DNA of 58,402 bases, counting the filler, from Nemertoderma westbladi (lineage: Eukaryota; Animalia; Xenacoelomorpha), in NCBI GenBank assembly GCA_032718475.1. It is 2 parts of 2 records of this genome, joined end to end, with 100 filler letters (N's around TTAATTAATTAA, not from the genome) between each part and the next. Parts side by side here need not be neighbours in the genome. Positions count along the whole stretch, not along the records: positions 30,123 to 58,402 come from JAUCBJ010007368.1; 1 more part is not named here. The stretch is one strand, 5' to 3'. A program made the translations under genes and the position numbers. Within the stretch, counting starts at the first letter, position 1, and every line of letters starts with the position of its first letter. The notes under the pieces are model-generated. The model made no database searches. It was not told the DNA's origin and saw only the letters and a program-made list of their open reading frames with translations. Shown piece after piece: positions 34,359 to 47,639 of the stretch.

Positions 34359-35081
34359 TCCAAGAAGACCAAAATCATGACAGTCAACCTAGACAGCCCT
34401 CAAGAAATGTCTGATCGTAAGGGTATGAACTCTCGGGACGGCTTGCTTGAGCACGTGAATGACTTCTGCTACTTGGGATCATGGATCAGAAAGTCGGGTG
34501 AAGACTTCCGGATACGTAAGGGGAAGGCATGGGTAGCGTTAAATAGGATTTGGAAGTCCCATCGAATGAAACGGAACCTTAAGGTTCGATTATTTATGGC
34601 TGCGCAAGAACTAAGGCACAATCCGGGCATACAGTCCTTCGTTATAAGAGTAGTACCAGTTTGTAGTACCAGTCCGGTTATATGGGAGTACATGCTGGGC
34701 TCTAACTGCAGAGGACTCCAAATCTCTGAATGGCACTTTCACAAGAATGCTGCGCTGGGATAATTATGCCAAGTACCATGAACACCTCTCCAATCAGAAT
34801 CTATACAACATTGGAGGTATTCCATTAGTCTCCCCAAGCTTGACACTTGAACGGAACCGCCTCCACATTGCAGGACATAGCTTTCGCCGTGAGGACCAGC
34901 CAGTGTATAATCGTGTGCTTCGGCAGCCTCATGGAGTGAATAAGCATGGCGGACAGCCCATGACTTTTTTGAGACGCATCTTAAGAAGTACTGGCCTTGA
35001 AGATGCGGATGAACTAGCAAATGTCATTGGTGATAGGGAGTTGTGGCGGCGCAATTTTGCCGACAAGCCGGCACAGCATTC
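34359..35081 (+). mobile_element. Diverged RTE LINE 3' fragment
   Basis: Homologous to 22866-23540 (DFCYLGSWIRKSGED, RLHIAGH, ELWRRNFADKPAQHS) with frameshifts and a small insertion. Confidence 0.9.
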
Positions 35082-35899
35082 CCGGAATAATTGCGAACTA
35101 ATATATTATTGTAAAACGCGGTGATCAATATCTGAGAAACAATCTCCCTAAAAATCCTACTATTGAGTGAAGATAATTTTACTGTAGTAAAGAATTGTGT
35201 ATTCATTTGAATACATAATTCTCGTATTTAATTGATTATAATTTACCTACCCAAAAAATGTGTATTTCTTTTTTTTTGGTTAATTGCATCACTGTTTTGT
35301 ATAAATCTAATCAAATAACACCATCCATTTAATGTTTACTTACTGCTTAAATTCATAGAATTTTTGGTTAGACTAATGCAGACGCTATTCCACTTTACAA
35401 GTAATTACCTACAAAATTATCTCCACAGGTGGTGCCCCATCTCTTAACCGAGCACCGCACCGTTGTTGTATTTTAGACTTGTGTTTGTATGTTTGAAATA
35501 AGAAATTCGATTAAGAAACTCTGGTCCCTAGTAACCTTGTCCCTACTGTCACATATTGTTGCTACAGTTTCGACTGACAGGTTTGTCAACCCCTACCTAA
35601 ATGGAGCCAACGTAGACCATGTTATAAAAGTGTGCAGTGCAGCTCCACCACCAATATCCTACAGGTCGTTTATTATTCAGAGTATTCGTCGGTATCCCTC
35701 GCCAAATGGGAAGGACCACGCCGCCTCATGGCAACTCAACTTCTCGCGAACGATTACCATCCCCATTTATGTTCAACCGCCCATGGCAGGAGTGAGACCA
35801 GACAACAACTTTGTCTACCGTCTGCGTCACCAGCCTGCAGATGATTTAACTCATGTTTGGGGCTGTTAATCTCTCGAAGACGCAACCCAAACACCCCTA

Positions 35900-36173
35900 G
35901 GTTCCACCTTGGTGTAGTGGTCGCATTGAATTCACATCTCCAGTAGGTCGTGGGTTCGATCCTCACATGGGCAAGGGCAGTTTTCGTTTCGACACGAATG
36001 CTGTAAAGGGACCAGCCAGGGCGCATCTCTGCCTTACATCCTTGAGTGGTAGCTAATTGAGTACTGGAGTTTCCTCTGGGGAGTAAAGTTCGGGGGACCG
36101 CACTGGAAATAAGTCAGACTTTGTGCATAATCCCTGGCTTAGCGGCCAAAGAAAATTTACTTTTTTACTTTAC
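35900..36173 (+). mobile_element. tRNA-derived SINE
   Basis: A box TGGTGTAGTGG (35910), B box GGTTCGATCC (35953), SINE-core-like CTCTGCCTTACATCCTTGAGTGGTAGCTAATTGAGTAC, and a (TTTAC)n-like tail. Confidence 0.75.
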
Positions 36174-36370
36174 TAGCGTTGGCCTTCTTTTAAACTCAAT
36201 GGCACCCCTCAGCCACCCTGAGACTAACACTTTATATAACTTCATTATACATTTTATTCTTGTAATTAAACGTAATAATCATATATTTTAGAAATATGAG
36301 ATTCAGAGTTTAATTAAGGGATTATTGTTTTTTCGCTATACATAGGCCTACACAAATTATATTGTTGTAA

Positions 36371-37645
36371 CGGATCTAGGACACTTCCCCCCCGGACACT
36401 TCCCCCCCGGACACTTCCCCCCCGGACACTTCCCCCCCGCCCAAGTAGGACACTTCCCCCCCGGACACTTCCTCCACGGACACTTGCCCCCCGGACACTT
36501 CCCCCCCAGTTAAAGTGTTAAAATTAATCTGGGTGCATCAAAGCAATAAACAAAAGTTAAAGATGGTTACAGGACAAGTTGTATCTAGATAAGTTTCTTC
36601 AAAATTATAAAAGAAACATTTCTATAGTCAAATTTTGTTTGTTTTTCTTTAATTCCTTTAATTCTTTTAATTTCTTTTAATTGGGGGCTGCCGCCCCCAA
36701 ACCCCCGCTTCTTTTGTTGGGGGCTACCGCCCCCAAACCCCCGCTTCTTTTCTTGGGGGCTGCCGCCCCCAAACCCCCGCTTCTTTTCTTGGGGGTTATC
36801 GCCCCCAGACCCCGGCATTTCCCTGAGTGCCCGTGGTGAGACTTATGACCACTTTGAAATAATTAATTCATGTTTGTATCATCAGATAATAAATTGACTA
36901 AGCCTAAAGTAGGAGCTGTATTGAATGTTAACCAATTTAATATATAAATTACTACAATATTATATAATTCAACAAAATCCTATTAAAAATATTGCAAGTA
37001 ACCAGGTAACCAGGAAATTTAATATGTAGTGTGTATAATATCTATATAGTATGTATAGTAGTAATATGTATATCAATATGTCGTAATGCTGAACATAGAA
37101 TACAGGTCGACGCATGTCGATTTTACCCTGGAGAGGTATAATTTTGATTGCAACAATAATATTCATCCCCATCTGCTACAATTTGAAGAAGACTATTACA
37201 TAATAATACCTATAATTAAAACAATTAATTATTATAATTCTATAGTTAATAAAAACAGTATATCATTCCGGGGATGGAATTTATAGGTCATCTAATATAA
37301 TTAATTGTTTAAAGATTAGCAAACAATACGATGTAATTGCATTTGATAAAACCCATAAATAAAACTTGGATATAAAATGTAAAATCGGGATGCAAAAGAT
37401 CACTTTCTGAGCTACGAAAGGAAAATTGGATACAACTTATCTGGATACAAACGGTCCGTTTACCTTACAAAATGAAAAATACGAATGTTCGAAGTTAAGA
37501 TCAGTCGGGGGGGAAGTGTCCGCGGGGGGGAAGTGTCTGGGGGGGAAGTGTCCGGGGGGGAAGTGTCCTACTTGAGCGGGGGGGAACTGTCCGGGGGGGG
37601 GGGGGGGGGGGGGAAGTGTCCGGGGGGGGAAGTGTCCGAACACCG
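36371..37645. mobile_element. Non-autonomous foldback DNA transposon, CGG...CCG termini, 6-bp TSD TTGTAA
   Basis: Arrays of GGACACTTCCCCCCC at 36379-36508 are inverted at 37506-37637; TTGTAA at 36365-36370 and 37646-37651; internal 36-bp GC-rich repeats at 36682-36815. Confidence 0.85.
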
Positions 37646-38117
37646 TTGTAACAGTTTCTACAAATCAAACCGGTATCAGTTTCTAGGTAGAGGGAAGCAG
37701 ATGTATTATCCTGGAAGGGCAACAGAGTATCGCAGGGAAATATGTCCAATATTATCGATTTTACGAAGAGTTTCCGAATGTCGTCAAAAACATTAGGTTT
37801 ACCTTCGTTAGAAAAACATGCGTTTAGTTATCCCTTGTAACAACATTAAACGACGTACTGCGAATTTAAATTATGAAAGCGAAGAGTGTCCTAAGCAAAA
37901 TATATTTTATTCCCCTGTGTTTACAGACAATTTACCCAAGTGAGCAGTTCATCGCCTCAGCTCGACACTGATGGTATATTAGACAAATTAATGTTATTAT
38001 TATTACTCCATAGGTACATAAGGACCTTAGCGCATGACGAAGTAAGTTTATTATACGGTTACCACTATTTAAATCGTCCTTGTCTCCCTCTAGCGGGAAA
38101 CTGGACAACTACAGAGG

Positions 38118-38255
38118 CTCCTCACGCAAATTCTATTTCAGACTTTCGCCAGACTACATGTGAACCTAGATCTGGTTAGTTTTATCAAAGATTTATCAAA
38201 GTTATTAGCCTTCAAACATTTCCCGACAGACAGACATACAGACAGACCAACAAAG
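38118..38255 (+). mobile_element. DINE-1/HINE-like core fragment
   Basis: GCCAGACTACAT...TTTTATC...AGTTATT followed by a GACA microsatellite; resembles 43110-43275. Confidence 0.45.
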
Positions 38256-38313
38256 TAGGGTTAAAACTGGATACCTGGACCTTGGTTATTGAGTGGGAAA
38301 ATATTTTAGACTC

Positions 38314-38945
38314 GGAATGCCTGGAATGCCTGTTCACACAATGGGTGATCTTCCACAGTAAACCATTAAAATCTGTATCCTAAAGGAATGCCTGTTCACC
38401 ACCATGGGTGATCTTCCATAGTAAACCCTCCCACTCTGTTCCCTAAAGGAATGCCTGTTCACCACCATTGGTGATCTTCCACAGTAAACCCTTCCACTCT
38501 GTTTCTTAAAGGAATGCCTGTTCACCACCATTGGTGATCTTCCACAGTAAACCCTTCCACTCTGTTCCTTAAAGGAATGCCTGTTCACCACCATTGGTGA
38601 TCTTCCACAGTAAACCCTTCCAATCTGTTTCCAAAAGGAAGCCTGTTCACCAACATGGGTGATCTTCCACAGTAAACCATTCCGCTCTGTTACCTAAAGG
38701 AATGCCTGCTCACCACCATGGGTGATCTTCCACAGTAAACCCTTCCACTCTGTTTCTTAAAGGAATGCCTGTTCACCACCATTGGTGATCTTCCACAGTA
38801 AACCCTTCCACTCTGTTCCTTAAAGGAATGCCTGTTCACCACCATTGGTGATCTTCCACAGTAAACCCTTCCAATCTGTTTCCAAAAGGAATGCCTGCTC
38901 ACAACCATGGATGATCTTCTACAATAAACTCTTATACACAGTTTC
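38314..38945. repeat. 63-bp minisatellite related to the SINE 3' region
   Basis: GGAATGCCTGTTCACCACCATGGGTGATCTTCCACAGTAAACCC..., about 10 units; the same unit occurs inside the SINE at 41055-41487. Confidence 0.92.
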
Positions 38946-40530
38946 CCAAGTTCCCTTGGTTCCTCGGTACCTCGATTATTCCACTAACAAATGATCACTT
39001 GCACAAAAGTATGCGATTGGGTGAGTGTAATAGGACACAAAATCAACTGCATCTGTGGATCACTAAGCCCAATACGTGGGGTCTCTCAGGATGTATAGCC
39101 AATTTCGTCCGCCAATATTTGGAAAGATAATATTTTAGTGAAAAAGCATTGTGATAAAAAAGTGATATATTTTATTTCTGCTAAAGATAGGGAGATGTTT
39201 GAAGAGCAATTACCATTGCAATAGAAAAGTGTAACGATTGCGGGGTGGGCTACACCAATCAATATCATTATCAATCCGCCGTCGTTGATGTCACTTAAAC
39301 TCCCATGCCTGATTTAAAAAACTGGGTTACTCTTCAGGCAACGCATGTACTCACACAAAGCATTCATTCCTTTAACTCCGCCGTGTGGGAGGAACATAAA
39401 AGTCGAGACCGGAGTTAACTGAAGTCACCGTAGTACCTCTAGGGACTGAAGTGATCGGAACAAATCAGTCATGGCCAAGCCAAGTAACGAGTATCAGAAT
39501 TTCTAACCAATGGATAGCAGGTTTAAATTTGTATCTGGAGCCCGGTACCGTACCATACCGTACGACTGGTACCGTACAGATATGCTATCATGCATGTATT
39601 ACGCTTTGTTCGATATTATAGGCTATTTGATAACGAAATCAAGTAACCTTTTATGACTAGTAACAAAATGAGTATTCTTTGTCGTGAAGTAGAATTCAAT
39701 GACGTTTAATATAAATAGATCATTAGGAGTCATTGACCCCAACTGCAACCGAGATAATACATGTAGTAGCGGGATGATCGATAATTCAGTTGAGTACCGA
39801 AAAACGGATAAGGTTTTGTATAAAGTGCTGTTATGGCAGTTGCCGGATCTCATTCTAAGTTGTGACGACTGGTAAGCGACGTAAAAAGAACAATTATACG
39901 ATAGCTAGAGAAATGACCGGCCTCCGTCATGAAGTATTAAATAGGCCCTGGTCACACATGAGGTTTCAACTATCAACATCCCACTTTCAACTAAAAGATG
40001 TAACATTATTGTATCATATGGAAACCGCATATACATAAACAGCCTACTTTTAAGTTACGCCCATCAACTACCTAATCATCATAAGTGTGTAAAAATACTA
40101 CGGAATTTAAATTTATTGGCGGTAAGAAACATGAATATAATTATAGATTACATAACAATATGTATACGAGATAGAATATTTCAAATTATACCAGCCTAAG
40201 AAATATTTATTTTCAGTTAAAACATCAATCTTGGACAATGTTGCGACATTATCTACATGAAATAAAGAATATCTAATATCTCCTAGAGGTTAACTAATAC
40301 GCTTTTTGGCTGGCTTGGTGACTCAATCACACTTACAAATTTGCACCACACCCAGTACATAATTACAGCGAATACACAGTTGAATACCATCATAGCAATT
40401 TGTAACGAGTGTTCCTATATAAGTATTGCAGACAGGAGTTGAGTAAGGTTTATGAGTTTTTCTAAAAACATATTACTTGGTAAATATTTACATATGAATG
40501 GGGGGAGAATCTTCAATCTGCAATAATTGC

Positions 40531-40883
40531 TGCGTACATAAGCACGAAGGGGAGAAACGGCGCAAATATAAGGAGAGAGTTAACTCTGTGGAACATGCCG
40601 GTTTCTGTCCTTTTGTAGTCGCCTCCACTGGGGGGGTTGAGCCGCAGCGGCCATGCTCTAATCAACAGGATTAGTTTGCTGTTGTCAGAAAAACGGGGGA
40701 CCCCTTACTCGACAACAACAGTGGCCTTGGTGCGAACCAAACTGAACTTTGCACTACTGGTGAACTCAGCGTTGTTTAATCTTCGTGGTTCACGTAGCCA
40801 CAAGGTGCAGCGTCAGGGGAAAATCCTAGCCGAGACTACTGGCATAATCGGCACAGCTGTGGAGGCTGGAGTACTGGGCATAG
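40531..40883 (+). pseudogene. 3' end of a CRE-type non-LTR retrotransposon (restriction-like endonuclease region)
   Basis: HEGEKRRKYKERVNSVEHAGFCPFVVASTGG, frameshift in a G7 run, then LSRSGHALINRISLLLSEKRGTPYS...RTKLNFALL...LRGSR. Fits the CRE-clade C-terminal pattern. Confidence 0.7.
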
Positions 40884-41054
40884 ATTTTTTTTTTAGATTA
40901 TTTTAGATACAGGCACTATTAATATTAAACCTTGCAAAGACAATAATTTTGTTTTGTAAAAAATAGTGTATTGTTTGTTATTTTATTGCAATGATATATA
41001 TATTATATATTATACTTTGTGTACTAATGATCATGCAAAAAACATGGGAGAATC

Positions 41055-41487
41055 TTGAAGGTTTCTTCAGCCAAGGGATGCCTGTCCACCATCATGGGTG
41101 ATCTATCTTCCACAATAAACCCATCCACTCTGGTTCTAAAGGAATTCCTGTTCACCACCATGGGTGATCTTCCACAGGAAATCCTTCCACTCTTTTTCTA
41201 AAGGAATGCCTGTTCACCACCATGGGTTATCTTACACAGTAAACCCTTCCACTCTGTTTCCTAAAGGAATGCCTGTTCACCACCATATGGGTTATGTTCC
41301 CCACTCACTCTGTTCCCCAAGTTGCTTTGGTTCCCAATTATCGACCAGTGAAGGATGACAGCTGGGGTTGGGCTAGGCTGCAGCATTTAAAGCACATCGC
41401 CCAAACAGTGCTGCCCCATCTAGGGATCGAACCGGGGCTTCCTAATTGGAAGCCCAGTAATTTCACCACTAGCCCAAGCTGCTGTCG
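41055..41487 (-). mobile_element. tRNA-derived SINE with internal 63-bp tandem repeats
   Basis: Minus strand: A box TGGGCTAGTGG, B box GGTTCGATCC, core GCTGTCATCCTTCACTGGTCGATAATTGGG, then about four 63-bp units. Confidence 0.75.
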
Positions 41488-42255
41488 CAGTGACATTTAC
41501 GAAGAGATAATATATGTGTTATAGTGTCAGATAACAGTTTACTTGTAGTTTTATATTTTTGGAGATTTAGCGCCTGAAATGGGATCTTCACCATAAAACC
41601 AAAACATGCCACACGACGGGATCAAATCTTTATTCTTAACTATTTTATATATTGATTTGATATTACTATAATGATCTGTAAAGTACCGTGTACGCAAATT
41701 TGTAACATTATGTCAACCTATCAGCGTTCTGAACTGAATGCTTAATTATATTAGCTTTAATATTGAAATTTTTGCGTCATTAAATTTTAAGCAGTAGTAA
41801 GGAAAGCTTGAAAAGTTGATAATTATATTTTATTTATATTTCACGCCAAGCTATGTACTGTAACAACTGTTTGGTAAATAATTTTCAGATAGTTGCGCAA
41901 ATTGACCGCACGTTAAAGTTTCGTTTATTGTTTTGGTACGAAAACACCGGCACTGGAACCTGCTCCGTTCCCTTAATGTTTTAATCCAAAGTAAATTTAT
42001 TTATTTATTTAATGGTTAATTATTTAACTAAACGCATAGTTTGTGTTTGTGGTCATTTTGCGCTATTAACTCATAATCTTATTATTTGCATACATACTAT
42101 GGCTATCATCAATGGAGAATACAGTCCTGTTCTAGAAGTTTATTGTTACTAATGTTACTAAGTTAGTGATTACTTTACTTCGTTACGAGGACATCACCAG
42201 AACGCTGATAAGTTGACCAAATGGTTTTAGTAATTAGTCTTGGTAGAACTTAATT

Positions 42256-43338
42256 ACATGTTCGTGGGGCCATCGCGCAGGACGAGGGTCAGTTATTAGA
42301 TACAGATTAAAATTGAGCAATTCTATCCCAAAATCGGTACTTAAGAAATTTAAATAAATAACTAAGAAAATTTAACCAAACTTTTACTTTAAAAAAAAAC
42401 TTTCGCATTGGCAGCTTGGCATCGATGTCATAGAAGTCCACAGTCAAACTACTCAAAAAATTCAATGCATTCTCCAGTCCTCGGGTCTCGCTCATCGGTT
42501 AGTCCAGTTTGCCCGTACCGCCAGTGCAGTAGCGATACCAAAAGTCGAGGTCGCCAACGACACTGCGACAGACAGAGACAGTGGCCTTGATGGCGAGTTG
42601 TTTGAGTACCGGTACAATTCCAAAACGTTGCTGTGTATTGCAGTATTGGGCTGTTGGGATACCTAGTGCAGTAGTGGATACCGGAACATGGAATAAAGGT
42701 CAGCTGGTACAACCTGACAATATGTCAGTCTGTCTTAAGTCCTCATAATTTCAAAACTTCCCAGATAATGCAGTAGCAGTACCACACTGACAGACTGACA
42801 ACCAGCCTAGAAAGCTAGGCCTACCACATACAGCATCAGCAGTGAGCCGTACCGGTACTGATTAGTACAGGCATCTCATGGTACCGGTGTCGTACTCTGA
42901 ACTCTTCAACCTGGAAATGCTGGAATGGCTGAAAGTGAAATAGGCCTACCTTACCACACTTCCCAAGGCCACACTATTGCTGCATTGTACCGGTATTGCT
43001 GAATTTCAAACCCACCTGATATATCCTGCAGTCTCCTAGCAACCAGCTGATGCCAAGCCTAATAATTATTGGATAGATAAATTTATTATAACTGCAAGAC
43101 AGTTACACCCCCACGTAAATTCAAGTTGAAAAATTTCTAAACTTATGCCAGACTACATATGTACCAAGTTTGGATATATTTTATCGAGATTTGGCTGAGT
43201 TATTAACGTTTAAAATTGGACACAACAGATCGAAGAGCAACAGAACAACAGATCAACAGAACAACAGAGCAACAGACACACCGATTGAGTTAGTGATACC
43301 TGTATGCTAAGCTCGCTTACTTTCGTCGCTCGCCCCAC
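42256..43338 (+). mobile_element. DINE-1/HINE-like non-autonomous rolling-circle element, copy A
   Basis: Homologous to inverted copy 48097-49065; short inverted motifs GTGGGGC/GCCCCAC near the ends, TGTACCAAGTTT...AGTTATT core, AACAG microsatellite. Classification rests on architecture only. Confidence 0.65.
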
Positions 43339-45675
43339 AGAGAAACAGAACAACAGATCAACAGAGCAACAGACACACCGATTGAGTTAGTGGTACCTGT
43401 ATGCTAAGCTCGCTTACTTTCGTCGCTCGCCCCACAACAGACACACCGATTGAGTTAGTGGTACCTGTATGCTAAGCTCGCTTACTTTCGTCGCTCGCCC
43501 CACAACAGACACACCGATTGAGTTAGTGGTACCTGTATGCTAAGCTCGCTTACTTTCGTCGCTCGCCCCACAACAGACACACCGATTGAGTTAGTGGTAC
43601 CTGTATGCTAAGCTCGCTTACTTTCGTCGCTCGCCCCACAACAGACACACCGATTGAGTTAGTTGTACCTGTATGCTAAGCTCGCTTACTTTCGTCGCTC
43701 GCCCCACAACAGAAACTCCGATTGAGTTAGTTGTACCTGTATGCTAAGCTCGCTTACTTTCGTCGCTCGCCCCACAACAGACACACCGATTGAGTTAGTT
43801 GTACCTGTATGCTAAGCTCGCTTACTTTCGTCGCTCGCCCCACAACAGAAACTCCGATTGAGTTAGTGGTACCTGTATGCTAAGCTCGCTTACTTTCGTC
43901 GCTCGCCCCACAACAGACACACCGATTGAGTTAGTGGTACCTGTATGCTAAGCTCGCTTACTTTCGTCGCTCGCCCCACAACAGACACACCGATTGAGTT
44001 AGTTGTACCTGTATGCTAAGCTCGCTTACTTTCGTCGCTCGCCCCACAACAGACACACCGATTGAGTTAGTTGTACCTGTATGCTAAGCTCGCTTACTTT
44101 CGTCGCTCGCCCCACAACAGAAACTCCGATTGAGTTAGTGGTACCTGTATGCTAAGCTCGCTTACTTTCGTCGCTCGCCCCACAACAGACACACCGATTG
44201 AGTTAGTGGTACCTGTATGCTAAGCTCGCTTACTTTCGTCGCTCGCCCCACAACAGACACTCCGATTGAGTTAGTGGTACCTGTATGCTAAGCTCGCTTA
44301 CTTTCGTCGCTCGCCCCACAACAGACACACCGATTGAGTTAGTGGTACCTGTATGCTAAGCTCGCTTACTTTCGTCGCTCGCCCCACAACAGACACACCG
44401 ATTGAGTTAGTGGTACCTGTATGCTAAGCTCGCTTACTTTCGTCGCTCGCCCCACAACAGACACACCGATTGAGTTAGTGGTACCTGTATGCTAAGCTCG
44501 CTTACTTTCGTCGCTCGCCCCACAACAGACACACCGATTGAGTTAGTGGTACCTGTATGCTAAGCTCGCTTACTTTCGTCGCTCGCCCCACAACAGACAC
44601 ACCGATTGAGTTAGTGGTACCTGTATGCTAAGCTCGCTTACTTTCGTCGCTCGCCCCACAACAGACACACCGATTGAGTTAGTGGTACCTGTATGCTAAG
44701 CTCGCTTACTTTCGTCGCTCGCCCCACAACAGACACACCGATTGAGTTAGTGGTACCTGTATGCTAAGCTCGCTTACTTTCGTCGCTCGCCCCACAACAG
44801 ACACACCGATTGAGTTAGTGGTACCTGTATGCTAAGCTCGCTTACTTTCGTCGCTCGCCCCACAACAGACACACCGATTGAGTTAGTGGTACCTGTATGC
44901 TAAGCTCGCTTACTTTCGTCGCTCGCCCCACAACAGACACACCGATTGAGTTAGTGGTACCTGTATGCTAAGCTCGCTTACTTTCGTCGCTCGCCCCACA
45001 ACAGACACACCGATTGAGTTAGTGGTACCTGTATGCTAAGCTCGCTTACTTTCGTCGCTCGCCCCACAACAGACACACCGATTGAGTTAGTTGTACCTGT
45101 ATGCTAAGCTCGCTTACTTTCGTCGCTCGCCCCACAACAGACACACCGATTGAGTTAGTGGTACCTGTATGCTAAGCTCGCTTACTTTCGTCGCTCGCCC
45201 CACAGCACCGATTGAGTTAGTGGTACCTGTATGCTAAGCTCGCTTACTTTCGTCGCTCGCCCCACAACAGACACACCGATTGAGTTAGTGGTACCTGTAT
45301 GCTAAGCTCGCTTACTTTCGTCGCTCGCCCCACTACAGACACACCGATTGAGTTAGTGGTACCTGTATGCTAAGCTCGCTTACTTTCGTCGCTCGCCCCA
45401 CAACAGACACACCGATTGAGTTAGTGGTACCTGTATGCTAAGCTCGCTTACTTTCGTCGCTCGCCCCACAACAGACACACCGATTGAGTTAGTGGTACCT
45501 GTATGCTAAGCTCGCTTACTTTCGTCGCTCGCCCCACAACAGACCCACCGATTGAGTTAGTGGTACCTGTATGCTAAGCTCGCTTACTTTCGTCGCTCGC
45601 CCCACAACAGACACACCGATTGAGTTAGTTGTACCTGTATTCTAAGCTCGCTTACTTTCGTCGCTCGCCCCACAC
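43273..45675. repeat. 68-bp tandem array formed from the 3' end of the HINE-like element
   Basis: ACAACAGACACACCGATTGAGTTAGTGGTACCTGTATGCTAAGCTCGCTTACTTTCGTCGCTCGCCCC, about 35 near-identical units; present once in copy B. Confidence 0.96.
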
Positions 45676-47639
45676 AAAGCCGCAGTCATTACCATAGCAA
45701 ACATTTATACAGAAGTAAATTTAAAAAATGACAATATTACGAAGATATTGTCACAATAATGATAGGATTTATAGATGATAACATTTATATAATACTTAAA
45801 TAAAATCGTTTACTTTACCTTTTGTAATTATTTAAATAATTATTGCAATTGCGTTTGTGTTTGCAGTATAACTTCAGCAATAATTATTGTTTTCTTCACA
45901 TACAGATCCGTGTCATCATATTATTCTCTATTGGTATAGAATTTGATTATTGTAATAAAATTATTGAGTTTCTATAACCCTACTAATCTCTTCTACCTTG
46001 TAATTTATAATCAAACGCGTTAATTAATTGCATATAAGCAAATGAACGGTGGTTTGTAAAGTAAAGTAGAAGTTACAATGTAATAGGCCTAATTATTAAG
46101 TTAGTTCAAACAAAGAACAGTTAGTTATACAGTTAGTTCTACAGTATGGAGTTTAATTTATAAGTAAATGTTACAGTTTATCGATTAGAAGTACGACGGT
46201 GTCTGTGTGGCTGACATGTAACATGTAACATGTAACATGTGTAACGTGTAACATGTGACATGTAACTGAGCAAAAAAAGCAAAATGACGTCCAGCTCCAA
46301 TTGAACTATTTATTGTAAATCATTTGAAAATATCATAAGAAAAGTGGTTAAAGTAGATTTAATTAATTTACACCAGAGTAACATTGTTTTGTAACCTTTT
46401 GAGTAGTTTTCGTTTAAATTGACATTTAAAATTTTTCCGCATTTCAACAAATCAAAGTATTCAACGTTAATTTTCTACTTCGTAATTATCCATATTGTTT
46501 ATTAAATATTTATTGCAATATCATTGAACATTAATTATTAAAAAAGTTAAAGAGTAAACCCCTCTCATCCGACATTTAAACTGAAGGTAATTACTGTATA
46601 CGTACACCAATGAGAAAAGGCCCTAAGGTAAGGCCTACTAAGGCTAACTTAAGGCTTAACGCCTACTGTCCATTCCTGAAAGTTTTATTTAGAAGAAAAA
46701 TGTCATCACAGGAATAGTCACAATCGCAAGTTAAATTAATGTTGTTTTACAGATATCTCTCCCCGGAGTTGTATGTCGACTTATGTTAGTGTAGCTACTG
46801 TACTGTACAAAACAATGTAAGTCTAAGTACATCTAAGTTCAATTTTTGGGAACATCTGGAATAAGGGTGGGGGGGGGGGGGGGGGGTCTGCGGTCCCAAC
46901 CATTCGCATTTACTGTTAAATCCGGCCCCTTAAACTGTATATTTTCAAACAGAAAATTCCAAATTACTCTTATATTGAAGCATTCAAGGATTGCTTAGGT
47001 GCTGTTATCGGAACAGTAGGACGGTGACAATACAAACAGACATGATCAATTAAGGAAAGTAGCTGATTACAGAGGCGCGTTATTCAAACCAAAACAGTAA
47101 AAAATCTAGTCAATAAAAAACGTTATATTTTGTAGAATAATAAGCTGTTATTTGTGTCGAATTTCCCCAGGAAAGGGAATAATTTTAATTGGATTGATTG
47201 CTTAACCTATACCGGTTTACATATTAAAATTTTTTATTTCAACAAAAACTGGCAATCAAAAATATAAATGTATGTTTGCGTGAATTAAACTATTTATTAA
47301 ATCGTAGTTATACTTTTTACAGTGTTGTTGCCTGTTTGATAGGCCTATTCCTGATAGGCTACTGGTAATGGATTATCACTTTTCCAGCCAATGAGATTCA
47401 TGAGTTTCTAGGAAATTTTTGGTGATGATTTGGATGGAGACAAAGTATCTGCTCAATGGAAACGTCAATTGCTAACAATGTAAATTGTAACAAAAATGAG
47501 AGAAGGATACGTTGGATCAGGTTTTAGTCCGCACTCCTTAAACATAGTGTGATCAATAATTCATGCCTACAGTATGTACTACAGTATGCACATATGGAGA
47601 GAATTAAACTCTATATAAGGCAATGTTTATAAACTCGTT

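Noticed and set aside
35489-35869. 126-aa ORF, possibly a LINE C-terminal remnant (DDLTHVWGC)
   Set aside because: Only a partial Cys-His-like motif; too weak to call.
35900-35975. tRNA genes (also near 41415-41487 and 54790-54848)
   Set aside because: No complete cloverleaf; they continue into SINE-like bodies.
43273-45675. CRISPR-like appearance of the 68-bp array (also the 30-, 41- and 43-bp arrays)
   Set aside because: Units are contiguous with no unique spacers, there are no cas genes, and the context is eukaryotic TEs.
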